Shown: positions 23,704 to 44,204 of the stretch, in pieces
Layout: each line of letters starts with the position of its first letter
Position numbering within the stretch: position 1 is the first letter of the stretch
Source: Cyanophora paradoxa CCMP329
Lineage: Eukaryota; Plantae; Glaucophyta
Length of the DNA: 55,249 nt
Direction of reading: 5' to 3'
Assembly: GCA_004431415.1 (NCBI GenBank)
Contig: QPMI01000678.1
Coordinates: forward strand, 1 to 55,249
The notes under the pieces: model-generated
The model's input: only the letters and a program-made list of their open reading frames with translations
The model's database searches: none
What the model was told of the DNA's origin: nothing
Program-made: the position numbers and the translations under genes

Positions 23704-25296
23704 ATGTCGGCGCCCGCCTATCCTCTCGGGGCGATTCCCCGTCGCGGCTCCATGGACAGCACGGGCTTCGCAGTTCCGCACCCTGGCAGCTTCGGGAACG
23801 TCGGCCTCATGCCAGCGGGCTTCCCGCCTCAGCTCGTTGCCGGCCTTGGCGCACCGGAGCTCGTGGAGATTGCGTGAGCGAACTTCCTTCTCTGGCCTCG
23901 CTGGCCCTCGCCATGCCCAGGGCCGAGACTGATGAGATGACACGCAGGCCGCGCCATTTCCTGCAGTGCATCCGGCTGCCGAACGGCCTGTTCCAGCCGA
24001 TCAGCAATTATGTCCTGCAGGCTGTCCCGATCATGGGAAAGCAGCAGGAGGAGGAGCCTCGCGTCCGCCGCCCTCAGGTATTCGCAACTGCGTGTGGTTC
24101 CGTCGCTTCGCTGACGTGGCTGAATTGTGATCGCACAGAACTCCTTCCTTCTCTTCTCCAATGAGTTCCGCGGAAAGCTGCGGGCAGCCAACAAAGAGCT
24201 AACAAACGCGGATGTCAGCCGCATGCTCGGCGAGAAGTGGAAGGCGCTGCCCGAGGAGGAGAAGAAGAAGTGAGCGAGTTTCGGTCGCCAATCGCATAGT
24301 ATGTGCCTAACGAAAGATGACAGGTACCGCGAGCGCGCCGAGAAGATTCGTGTGGATTTCCAGGCGAAGCATCCGGACTTTTCGTACGCGGCGAAGCCGA
24401 AGAGGAAGGATTCTATGCCGGGCGGCCTGCCCGTCGGTGGCTTGCCGATGGGCCTTCCGATGCTCGCGCACCCGCCTGCGATGCACGTCGCCCCGCCACC
24501 TGCCATGCACGTCCCGCCCCCGGCGATGACGATCGCGCCGCCGCCGCCCATCCCGGCCGCGCTTCCTGTCAAGGTACCGGCTTTTCCTCGACGACTGCAG
24601 TCGAAACGCTGATTTCACCGCGACCAGCGTTCGGCGGAGGCTCCCGCTGGCCCTCCGGTGGACGTAAAGCGCGCTCGCGCCGAGCCCCAGGCACCTGTCA
24701 TGCCCGCCGCGACTCTGCCGCCCGCTCCGGTCCTGCCCCCGGCCGCGCCGCCGGCCCCGGCCTCGGCCCCGGCGGCAGTCCAGCGGCCCCGGGCGCAGTC
24801 CATTTCCCTCGCTGTGCCGAACACGACAAGCCCGACTGCGTCGACGCCGGAGGTTCAGCTCCTGCCTTACATGCTCGGCGACGACGACGACGAGGACGGC
24901 GCGGAGCCGAGCTTCACTGGCGAGGAGAAGCCGAGCAGCAAGGACGACTTCTGGAGCTTCGTGGACACGGCCGAGACGCCGGTGCCGCCGATGAAGAGCG
25001 CCGACCGGCGGATGCCGTCGGCGGCCTCGTTCTACGTGCCCGAGGGCGCTGTCGAGGTCATGCCGGAGCCGAGCACCGCGTCGGGGGCCCCCGGCAAGGG
25101 CTCGAAGACGCAGCCGGCGCTGCAGCTCTTCGTAAACCCGAACAAGTACACGGGCAGCAAGGCCGGCCTCCCGAGCTTCCTCTCCAAGTTCAACGAGCCG
25201 GACCCGCTCGACCCCCTCGCCCCCCTCTCCTACGACGACATCGCCGCCCCCTTCGCCTCCATCGGCGCCCCCCTCCCGCCCCTCGGCCGCCGCTGA
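23704..25296 (+). CDS. Single HMG-box transcription factor (SOX/TCF/MATA-type), spliced
   Basis: Spliced box PRVRRPQ|[43 protein letters not shown]|[29 protein letters not shown], followed by a Pro-rich and acidic tail. Four GT-AG introns. Confidence 0.88.
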
Positions 25297-25799
25297 AGGG
25301 CGCCAGGCGCCCTTCCATAGTATTCTAGTCGTGGCACGAGCCCGTGCCGTCCCGTCGCACATCTGCGATCTATCTATTCGCGCGCGCGCCTCTTAGACCA
25401 GGCTAGACAGGTTTTTGCGCTTAGTGGAAGCAGGTTTTGAAGGCCTAGGTTTGTGCTTCGTATAATTAGCGTTTTGGGGCATTCGCAAGCGTCGTCGTCT
25501 GTACATTCTCGCCGCTTTTTTTTTAATTTTGAACTATGGATTGATTTGTGTGTCGAAATCACTTGCAAATTGCCTGCGAATGCCTGCGGATGGCCCAACG
25601 AGATCCCAGATGTGAAACGCGTTCGGCCAGGCCTAGGGGGGGAGGGGGGCCGGGATCCTAGGGGCCGGAGGGGGGGCCGGCGCGTTGGCGCCGAGGCGCG
25701 GGGCGGGGTGCATTTGCCCGCGGCCGGGACCAGGGGGCCCGGGGCCCGGGGGCCCGGCGGGGGCCAGGGGGCCCACCGGGGCCGACTGGTCAGGGCCCA

Positions 25800-26435
25800 C
25801 TCAGTGACTGTACACACTAGTACATGTGAAGCTCGACATGTTTCCCACTGCGGCAGGCAGTTAACGTTACGTATACGTTGGGGCTCTGGACTCTATAGCT
25901 AGCTATAGATCTGGAGCTACCGTCTCAGACTCTTAAGTGCGCATCTATAGCTAATTAATATTATATAACTTAGTAAGTGCGCGTCGACGTCTACGTCACG
26001 GCCCGGCGGGCCGGCCCCGGCCCCGCCGGGCCCAGCCGCTGCCGCATGCGCAGCGGCAGCCGCTGAGCCCGGCCCTGCAGCTGCGCATGACTCGGTGTGA
26101 CTCAACTCAGCGGCTAGTGCTTATGCCATGATGATCATGATCATGATGCAAAAATGATTCGGAATTCCGGAGTGCTCATGATCATCGGATCAGCGCTGCG
26201 CATGCTCAGCAGCGAAGTTGAACATGATGAACCTTCCGAAGTTCATGATGAGTCTAGATCTAGATCCTAAAGTTCACGATTACTAGATATCATAGTATAA
26301 CGGTACTATTACGTATAGTACACACTAGCCAAGTAGTAGCTATAGGCGGGCTCGACTCGCGATCGGCGAGCCGCCGACACTGGCCCGACCGTCGGACAGT
26401 CGACGTCACTGATCATGATCATGAGTCAGCTGTCA
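25800..26435. other. Intergenic mosaic of short palindromes
   Basis: CTATAGCTAGCTATAG, TCATGATCATGA, TCTAGATCTAGA, CCGACCGTCGG and TGATCATGATCA, closely packed. Confidence 0.75.
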
Positions 26436-26445
26436 ACGACGAGGG

Positions 26446-27685
26446 CTAGGAGGAAATCATTCCGCTCAAGCTCTCCGCGATAAATTTCGGCACGCGAAGG
26501 ACGTTCGCCGGCTCGACATCGGGTCGAGGACGCCATTCGGTGAACAGCTCGGCGAGCTCGGCGCTTCGCGATTCCTTGCTGAGGTCGAATAATGGAGGGT
26601 CCGGGCTCCCCTCGCCGGTGCCTTCCAACTTGGTCTGAACGCCTTGTGCCGCCGGCGCGCGATCAATCTGGAGGGACGTGGGTGCGAAATTCAACCGTTG
26701 CACGGGGCGTCGGCGTCAGGGCGGGGCCACCTGCTGGAGCGTCGATGCGGCCTGATCATGATCGCTGCCCGCGGCCGCTTGCTTTGCCAGCCGGTACAAT
26801 TCTTTCATCTGAAGCCCGATCATGATCAGCAAGCCATGGACAGAATTGTCGAGAATGTCGAGAAGACGCGGCACCTGCTCCTTGGCTGACAGGGACGTGA
26901 AAAGGGGCCGGGCCGAAGGCTGCTTCCCCTGCATTTCTCGAAACTGCGCGGAAAGCTCGGGGCCGGCGAGCTCTTCATCGATAACCACTCCCCGAAGCTG
27001 CGAATACATTGGAACGAAGAATCAGATATCAGAGAAGACGTCGTCACTGAGTCGGCGAGCACACCCTATTCATGAAGCGGCGTTCGACGGCCTGCGCTGC
27101 TTCGCTTATGGCAGCAGCTTTGGCATCGCCTGCCCGACAGCGCCTCACTGAGTTAGAGACGCGTACGAAAAATTGCAGAGAGGCCCTCGAGACCCGTCGC
27201 ACCGGCTGCAGTTGCGGGAGGGGCGGCCCTGTCGGGGCCTACATCGCGGTTGCCGCTATTCTTCTCTACGGGCCTTGAGCGGCTCGGGCTCATCGACCGG
27301 CTCCGGCTGCGGCTGCGGCTGCGACTGCGGCTGCGCGGGCTCCTGCTCCTCCCTTCTCTGCCCGTCGACATACTCCGACTGCGCGAGGTGCTTGACACGC
27401 TCGTCCTCCGTTTCCGCTTCGAGTGCTCGCCCGCGCGGCTGCAGGGGCGCGTCAGCGTGCGCTATGGTGCTCGGGCACGCTGATAAGCTGCATCCGACAC
27501 GACACGCATGCGCACTCGTCCGCCGCGCCTCTGGGCGCAGATTCGAAGTGTGCAGAGCCCGGAGGCCTCTCCCAACATGATTCATCTGTATTCTTGTTGT
27601 GATAGAAGATGTCTCCCGCGCTGCTGCGTATCGCCGTCCACCCGCTAGGCAGCCCGCGCTGCTCGGGGAGGTCCTCGTCGCGCAT
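26446..27685 (-). CDS. WW-domain protein with RS-dipeptide tract, spliced
   Basis: LPSGWTAIRSSAGDIFYHNKNTDESCWERP is a WW domain. The next exon reads SRSPRSRSRSRSRSRSRSMSPSRSR. Further exons run to the stop at 26446. Start codon uncertain. Confidence 0.7.
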
Positions 27686-27996
27686 CCCTCGCTGTCGTCG
27701 ATTTGATCTCGTATCCCTGCAAGCTGCGGCCCGGCAGCGGCCGGGCAACCCGGGGCAAGTTGGGAAAGCGGCTCCGTCAGCACGCACACCGCCACCGCTC
27801 ACACCGCCAGCGCACAGGCGAGCGCGAGCTCGTCGTCGTCTCTGCCTCTCCTGTCGGGGCTTGTGCCCTCGGCGGCGCGTAACGCCGACCGGCCAGACTT
27901 GGTCTCGAGGCGCTGATTGGGCAGTGAACGGAGCTGCTTTGAGCCAGCCAACGGTGCTGCCAACCTGCGCGGCGCCGCGCTGCACGGAGACGGGTC

Positions 27997-29036
27997 ATGT
28001 TCGACGCGCCGGCTCTCTATGGGGCCGAGCAAGAGCTGCTCAACAACGATCTCAAGCGAGAGAGTTTAGAGGTGCGAGCAGCTTGCACAGCCGCGCTGGT
28101 CCCCGCGCTAACTGATTTGCTCCAGGAGCACTGCTCGGCCGTCATACGCCTCTACAAGTACGAGCCGGACGCGCCGGACAGCCGTTGGAGGTTCACAGGC
28201 GTATGGGGCATTCTCACGATCGCGTACGATGAGCGGCGCCGGTGCTTCTACTTCCGTGTCCTGCACATCCAGGTGCCGCCGCGGGCCTGCCCCTCCGCCA
28301 CCTCCCCGCCGCCGCGCTGATGGCGCGACTCGTGTGCGCTAGACCGGGAAACTTTGCTTCGAGCACGAGTGCGTCCAGGCGTGACCCTATTGCCGCCCCT
28401 CGCGGCGAAGTTCGCGCGCAGGATTTACGAGGGGCTGCGCTACGTCCGCTGCGGCGAGTCCTTCCACTGCTTCGAGGGCGAGGTGACTCCTTCTCCGCTG
28501 GCTGCCGAGAGGGGCCCGAGCTCAGCGCCGCCGCCGCCGCCGCCGTCGCTCGTGCAGGGCTGCCTCTGGGGCTTCTCGTTCGCGGAGCAGTGCAGCTCGC
28601 GGCGCTTTCTCGAGGGCGTCAAGGAGGTCCTAGAGTACCCCGACGGTGCGCGGGCTCGATTTCCGTTGAATTTCAAAGCGGCGGCGCCGACGCGGGGCGG
28701 GCGGCGCGTGCGCAGGCATCCCGAGCTTCCTCGAGAAGGCCAAGTCCTTCTTCTCGAGCCTCTTCGGGCCGCCCCCGGCCGCGGGGCCCTCCTCCCCCAG
28801 CTCCAAGCCCGGCTCTTCCCGGGGGGGCGGCGGCCACATGGCCCGCCAAGTCAATGTCCGCGCGGCGCCCCGGGCCCCCCGGTCGCGCGCCGACGCCTCA
28901 CGCGCGCCGGGGCGCGCAGGTGTCGGAGCCCGAGGGCTTCAGGCGGGTGGCCCACGTGGGGATCAGCGCCGACGGGAGCCTCGACGTGCACGGGCAGATA
29001 CCCCCCGAGTGGAGGCGCTCCATGGGCTCTTCCTAG
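27997..29036 (+). CDS. WASP-like WH1/EVH1 plus CRIB protein lacking VCA, spliced
   Basis: AVIRLY…WRFTGVWGILTIAYDERRRCFYFRVLHIQ|TGKLCFEHE|IYEGLRY…FHCFEGE|GCLWGFSFA is WH1. VSEPEGFRRVAHVG…IPPEW is CRIB/PBD. Confidence 0.82.
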
Positions 29037-29163
29037 CCCCGGGCGAACGTTCGCCCTCCACAGTACTTGTCTCCCATCCATTCTGCACTTCCTGCAACCT
29101 GCCTGTAATTCTAAGCTAGCCTCACGAAAGCCTAAGCGCCTGGGAAGCACGGCCAGAGCTGCG

Positions 29164-31450
29164 CTAGTCGATCGCCGCCGTGTTCGCGAGGTTCAGCCGC
29201 GCCGGCGACTCCTCGCCCGTCGGCGGGGCCGTGAACCACGTGGCCGTGGGCGGGGTCTTCGGGGGCGGCTCGAGGGCGGGCGCCGACTGGGCGCGGGGCG
29301 GGGAGGGCGGGGGCGAGGGGGAGGGCGTCGAGCGCGGGGCGGCGGCGGAGGGGGCCGCTCGGGGGGCTCGCCTGGGCGGCCCGCGCGACGGGGCGGAGGG
29401 GGTCGCCCTGGATGGGGGCGGGGGGCTCGCGGCCGGCGAGGGAGAAGGGGCGGAAGGCGGAGTAGCAGTTGGAGAAGCAGCGGAGGGAGGCGATGGCGCC
29501 GCCGCGCTGCGGGGGCGGCTCCCGGATGCGGTGCCGCGGCTTCCGGCGCTCCGGCCCCTCCGAGTCCGGCAGGGCGGCCGCCAGGTGGGGCGGCAGCGGC
29601 GGCGCCGCCCAGCGCAGCACGGGCGGCTCGGCGTAGAGCGGGTTCTCGGGGACGCTCCCCTGCGTCAGGGTGGGCGAGTGCAGGCCGTCCCGCCGCCGCG
29701 GGCCCATCGGGTGCCCCTCCTCGCCTGCGCCGGCGCCCGGCGGTCAGCCGGGCGCGGGCGGGCCCGTGAGGGGCGCGGGGCCGCACTGGAGTCGGAGTCG
29801 CGGCCCGAGACGCGCCGGGGCTGCTGGATGCGGTACGTGTGCAGCTCCGTGGGGTCCGCGACGTAGGGGGTGGCCCCCGGGGGCGCCGGGGCCCACCGCC
29901 GCGGGGGCGCGTCGAGCTCGTCGTCGAGCATGGAGTCGGAGGCGCCGGGCGGGGGCGGCTCTTTGAGGAGCAGGGCGAGGGCGTCCTCGCTGAGCATGGG
30001 CGGCCCGCGCCGCTCGGGGGCCCCCTTGCCCGCCCCCGCCCCCTTCGCCGCCTCCGCCTCCCCGGGGCCCGCCACGGCGCTCAGGAGGCTGGAGAGGGGC
30101 ACGGGGGAGGGCGGGCGGCGGCCCTCGCGCGCGAACCCCGCCGAGCGGCGCCGGCCGAGGCCCTCGCTAGTGGCGGGGAGGGACCGCGAGGCGCGCCGCT
30201 CGGGCTCCGCCGCGCGCGCCACCGCCGGGCCCGCCTCGCCCTGCCGCGGCGCGGCGCGTCAGAAGGGAGGGGGAGGGAGGGCCGCGCGGGGCGCGAGCAG
30301 AGAGGCGCGAGGGGACCTTGAGGACGTCGCTGCCGGGGGGGACGCTCTGCTTCGGGGGCGGCGGCGTCTCCGACACCCCGGCGCCGCCAGCTTCCGCGGC
30401 GACTCCGCAAAGCCCGCGCCCGGCTGCCGCGGCGAGAGGACCGGGGGCGGGCGGGAGCGCGGCGGCGGGGCCCGGGGCGGGGGCCGGGCGGGGGCGGGCT
30501 GCGGGGGGCGGGGCGGGGCGGAGGCGTCGCCGTCGAGGAGGAGGGAGGTGTGGGAGGGGCGGCGGGGGCCGGCGGCGCCGGCGGCGAGCTCGAGGAGGCG
30601 CGGGGTGAGGTGCGGGAGCGGGGGCGGGCTGTCCCCGACCAGCGGCGCGTGCGGGTCCTCGTCGCTCCGGGCCGAGCGCGGGCTGAAATCCTCCTCCCGG
30701 CTCCGCGCCGACTCCAGCCCGCCCTCACCCTCCCCCGGCGAGCGCGGCGAGTGCGAGGCCCGCGTCCGCTCCGGCGTCTCCACCTGCTCCCCCTGCCCCG
30801 CCCGCGTCAGAAAAGGAAAGAAAGAGGAAAGGAAGGGGCGGGGTACTGACCTGCGCCGAATGCGACGGGGAGGCGGTGGGCCGGGGGGAGTCCGGCTCGC
30901 GCTCGAACCATATCCTGCGGCGGGGTGAGGGGCCGGCCGACCCGCGCGAGCCGGGGGCGGGGCACCTGAGGTGGATCCACCCGGCGAACTCCTTCGGGGC
31001 GCGGAAGACGGGGAACTCGTTCTCGACCTGACGGTTGGACTCGCACGCCTTGCCGTACTGGGGCGGCCGGGGGTCAGCCGCGGCATCGGCGCGCGCCGGG
31101 AGTGGGGGAGCTGACATTGATCTTCACGGTCAGCGCGCTGCCGTCGACTTCGAGGCGCTCCTGGGGGTATATTCGAATCTCCAGGATGGGCTCGGCAGTG
31201 GGGAGGATCTCAAACGCGTGCTCGGCTGTCGCGGGTAAGAAGAGGTCTGGCGCAGAGGCGGCCCGAGCGGCATCAAGAGCACCTTCGGGGCCCGACCAGG
31301 TGCATATCCCGTTCCGAGGCTCGCTGGGCGGGCTCGTCCACTCCCACCCGCTCGTCCTGAGAACGCAGACCCTGCTGGAACGCGAGGCGTTAGGTGACCG
31401 GTTCGGGGCTGCGAGCTAGCTAGCGGTGAGCGCGGGGCGCATTGCCTCGT
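29164..31450 (-). CDS. Hypothetical Pro/Ser-rich protein, spliced
   Basis: Exons joined by GT-AG introns (…AEHAFEILPTAEPILEIRIYPQERLEVDGSALTVKIN|YGKACESNRQVENEFPVFRAPKEFAGWIHLR|IWFERE…), then low-complexity exons. 5' end unresolved and may extend to about 31720. Confidence 0.55.
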
Positions 31451-31941
31451 CGAAAAGCGCTTCAGCTAAACCGCGCCCCGCTCCCGGAAGGTAGCGAGGC
31501 GCGAAGATGCAACGCCGACCGCCCGTGAGAGGGCGCGCGCAGGGCGCCAGCAGCGCGAACCTCGACGTGTTGGTACTCTCTTGCATCGTAACGTCGAGAA
31601 GTCGAAAGCGAAGCTGCGTGCGGCTCGCTGTGAGCCCCGAAAGCGCGACGAGCGCTCGCACAAAAAGACGCGTCGAAAGACACAAGAAGACGCTACCGTG
31701 GTCTTGCTTTTCAAACGTTTCATTGTGCCGTCGAGCGGCGGCGAAGCCGGAGGTGGCCAGCGCCAATTTCAGGTTTCGGTTCGGCGCGCCCCCGCTTCTA
31801 CAAGTGCGCCAAAGATATGTGGGGCACAGCCGGCCGCTTCTGGAGGCAGCAGCTAGGATGTTGGGGGGAGGGTCCAAGTTGGGCCTGGGTACAGGAAGCT
31901 GCGAGCGCTGCCGCCAGGCGCGCCCTCCACCGCGGCGAGCC

Positions 31942-40302
<8,361 letters not shown>

Positions 40303-40437
40303 TCCTGAGGCCGACTGCACGAGTTCTAGACGTCGATCGGCTTGTATTTTGCACATGACACACTCCTGATCTGCTGGATTGAAAGAAGAAGCTAAAGAGC
40401 GAGCGCTAGCTGCGCCGAAAGGAGCGCCGGCCTCGGG

Positions 40438-42250
40438 TCAGAACCCGACGGGGCGGGGCCGGAGGCGGCCGACGGAGATGCCGCGGGGCCCTGGGGCGCC
40501 GGCGGGCATCGGGGGCGCGGCGTAGGCGGGGTGCTGCGCCGCGAACTGCCGCAGGACGTCCGCCTTGTTGAACTGGAAGTAGGCCGGGCCCTGCCCCGCC
40601 GGCGATGTTGCCCGCCCGCCGCCCGCGTTCACCCCCGCCGCCGCCGCCGCCGCTGCCAGGCGCGCCGCCGCCTGCAGAGCCGTAAGGAAGCAGTAGGCGG
40701 GGCGGGGCGCGGGACGGGCCGGCGCCACAGGGCGCACCACGTCTCCCACGAAGGCCCCGCCGCCGCCAGGGGCGCCGCCGCCAGCGGCGCCGGCGTGGAG
40801 GCGGGCGGCGCGGGTCATGACGGCCACCGTGCCCACCGCGCCGGGCTGCACGCCGCCGGGCTGGTCGCCGCCCCAGCGGCCCCGCGCCGCCCCGACGCTC
40901 GCGCTGCGGGGCGGCTGCCGCGCGGTGCTGCCGCGCGGCGAGGCGGCCGAGGCGGAGGCGGAGGCGGCGGAGGCGATGGCCTCGTTGAGCTGCGCGAGGG
41001 CCGCCCCCGCCCGTGCCGCCAGCTCCGCCGCCCGCGACGGCTGCGGCGGCAGCGACGCCGCCGCCCGCCACGGCGCGTACAGGCCCGCCCCCGCCGTCGT
41101 CTCCGGCGCCTGCGCCTCGCCGTAACCGTCTGCCCGCCGCACCGCCCTCCGCCCGTAGTCGGCGCCTTGCGCCTGGGCCGGCGGGTACCCGTACGGCTCC
41201 TGCGCCGGGCTGGCCTGGGGTCCGGCGCGGCTGCGGGGCGGGGCGTGAGCGGGGCGCGGGCGGCGGCTGCGGGATGGGGCGCACCGCGGGAGGCGCTGGC
41301 GGAGCGCTGGCGCCGCAGGCTCCAGTTCAGATCCGCCGCCGGTTTGGCAGGCGAGGGCGGCTCGGCGGCGCGGTCGGCCGGGGCGGCTCGGAGCGGCGGC
41401 CCGAGGCGGGGCGGGGCCGGGGCGTGGGGTCGGCGGGGCCCGGGGCGAGCGGCTCGCGGCCGCGGGCCTCCTCGGCTTGGGGCCCCTCCTGGGCCCTGTA
41501 CTCGACGGTGTCGGGGTGCCCGGGTGCCGCCTCGGGCTCGGGGGGGCGGGCGGGGAGCTGGACGGGGGGCGGGGCGCCGGGCGGGGTGGACCAGAACTTG
41601 TGGAAGACGACGAAGTTGTTCTCCTGCGGGTGGAAGGCCCGCAGGCCGAAGTGCTTCGCCAGGAACCCGAGCAGCTTCGGCGAGGGCCGGTCGTAGCCCA
41701 GCCGCGCAGGGTGCACGTTCTCCTTCTGCGCCCCCGCACCCCCGCCCGTCGGCGCCTGGCGGCGGCGGCCGCGCGCGGGCGGGGTCGGCGCGCACGACGA
41801 GCATGTAGTCGAAGAGGGCGCGGCCGTGGCCGGTGCGCTGGCAGCTCTCGTGCACGTAGAAGTCGAGCACGCAGAGCGGCTCGATCTCCTTCAGGATCAG
41901 CGACTCGTTCCGCACGAAGAGCTTCTTCTTGCCGACCTTCAGGATCCCGATCACCTTCCGCTGCTGGTTCTCCGACGCCACGTAAAGCCGCTGGTCGCTG
42001 TACCGCAGCCGCGCCACCGTCGTAATCACCTGCTTCAGGCCCTGCGCCTGCGCGCGCGGCGCGTCGGCGCGCGCGAGCGTATGCTCACGCAGGCCTGATC
42101 TCAGCGCACCTTGGCGCTGAGGCCGCCCATGCGATCAATGAGGTCCCGAGCATTGTCCAGGACGGGGCCGGTGAGCCTCTCCAGGTCCTTGCTCTGGATA
42201 ACGCAGAAGTTCTCCGGGAGCAACCGGCTCAGACTGTAGTTTACCTCCAT
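40438..42250 (-). CDS. ATAT1: Alpha-tubulin N-acetyltransferase (MEC-17), spliced
   Basis: IDRMGGLSAK|AQGLKQVIT…GILKVGKKKLF…PLCVLDFYVHESCQRTGHGRALFDYML…LGYDRPSPKLLGFLAKHF…PQENNFVVF. Confidence 0.94.
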
Positions 42251-42580
42251 CGCTACGCCGCTGCTCTTCGCCTGCTTCTACCACTGTGTCGCGCAATGCG
42301 GACCGGTGCCAGCTCAACGCTTGCCTGTCGCAGCGCCGGCCAATAAAGAAACGTTAAGAACGATCAGCGCGACGTTTGCGACGATCAGCGCGCTCGGCCG
42401 CCGCCTGGTTTGCGGTGCCAAAAAGCTCCCACAAAGCCGGCTGCTCGGTGCGCGCTCTCAAAAGAGACTGCAAGATAGCTCTGGGTTTGAAAGATCCGCC
42501 GCCGGCCGCCGGGGCGCTCACTGCTAACGTTTTGGGTAGTTCGGCGGTACCCCCCGAGGGCCAGTTCGACAAGCCGGGAG

Positions 42581-43887
42581 ATGGCGGCGTTCGCTCTCTG
42601 TCCTGCCTATTCCGCTTGTTCGCCGGCGAGTCCGTGCCCAGCGGTGACTAATTCTGTATGCAAGCAAGCCCCTACACCCTCGGCAGTGGATCAATCAATC
42701 AAGATCCAGCCGCCCTCGGCCGGGCGCTTTGTGTGTAGAAGGGTCCCCCGCTTTGTTTCCTGTTCACCCCTGCCTTCTGTACCGTTCACGGTGCGCGCCG
42801 GCCCCGCTTTCCGACGTGTACATCCGCTCACTCGACCTCCTCCGGTCGGGCACACAGGTCCGCTGCGGGCCGGCTTTCCCCGATGATCCCTTTGCGGAGC
42901 GTCTTCCGGAGACAGCAGAATTCAGCGGCGTGGACGTGCCGGTGGACACCTCTTCGAGCTGGTGTGATGGGAGCGTTGACGGCAGCGAGGCCTTGAGCGC
43001 GTCAGAGGTTGCCGAAATCTGCCGGGATGCCGACAATGCCTTCAGGCTCGCATGGTACGCCTTTAGCTAATGTTGCACTTGCCTGATTCCTGCACGGAAT
43101 CATGTCTGATCGACCTCCTGTCGCATCGGTTCTGTCTCACAGGCACTATCTCAATCGGTACATTGACTTTCTTACTGCCTCAGACCCTGAGACCCCCGCC
43201 CTCACCATCCCTTGCTTTGTTTCGCAGCTACGGGGCCTCGGACGATTACGTGAATCAGCTTGCCATCTTTTGCTCAGCTTGTCTCGAGATGTGAGCGGCC
43301 TTTCGTGGCTCGACCTGAGCGCGCGCGCATGACTCGACGCCCAGGTACAGGAGGGGCTTCTCTCCGCGCAGCATGGAGCTGGAGATGTCCTTCACCGGGG
43401 GCATCCCTCGCATGGTCCGTCCGTTTTCCTCTGCTCTCGCATTCCTCTGCCCCCTTGCTGACACCGCTCCAGGTGGCCTCGGACCGCTCGACGCTGAGGG
43501 TGTGGATGACCCTCGTCTTCCGCGTCTTCCAGAAGCTCCAAGTGGCACGCGCCTTCGATTCCCCCTCGGAGGGCGGCAGCGTGACTGAGAACGCCGCCAA
43601 CCTGCACTCGCTTGTCGACCTTGTAATCGGCGCCTGCTCGCGGGGCTTCACGCTGGTGCGCGCCTCGCGCGCGCTTCTTCCTTTCCTCTCCTTTTCTGAG
43701 CGGCGCGCCGCAGGAGACGCTGAAGCTGGAGATGGCGTTGAAGAGCCCTCGCCGGACGCCGCTGGAGAGCGTGCTCCTGAGCCAGTGGATGCGCCTCTGC
43801 TTCACGGCAATCGACATCCTGGCCCACGACGAGGAGGACGGCGGCGAGGACGATTTTGACTACCCCGCCGACGACATTTTGCAGTGA
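42581..43887 (+). CDS. Hypothetical protein with putative plastid transit peptide, spliced
   Basis: N-terminus MAAFALCPAYS… is Ser/Pro/Ala-rich with few acidic residues and ends FT|VRC after splicing. The mature part has two similar helical segments (MELEMS…WMTLVF and LKLEMA…WMRLCF). Confidence 0.6.
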
Positions 43888-44204
43888 TCGCGATCCGACA
43901 GCGTCCCCCGAGGACCGGCGGTGGCCCGTCGCGTCGCGAGTTGACCTTGAACAGCGGTCAATTGTACAATTTTGTAGTGTAATTGCGCGTCTTTCCTTTT
44001 GTTTTCTGTGTACATGCGTGCTGTGTCCAGAAATGTATATTTTGCTTCTCTTGGCGACTCGTGCGGGATGTGGCTGCCGGTCACACCGCGCCGCAATGCA
44101 TATGCCGGCCCAGAACGGCATGGCAAGTATTCAGTGCACGTGGCGGGGCCCAGAACGAGCTAGGCTCGCGCGGCCGACGTCGACGGGCTCCGGCCCGCTG
44201 GACG

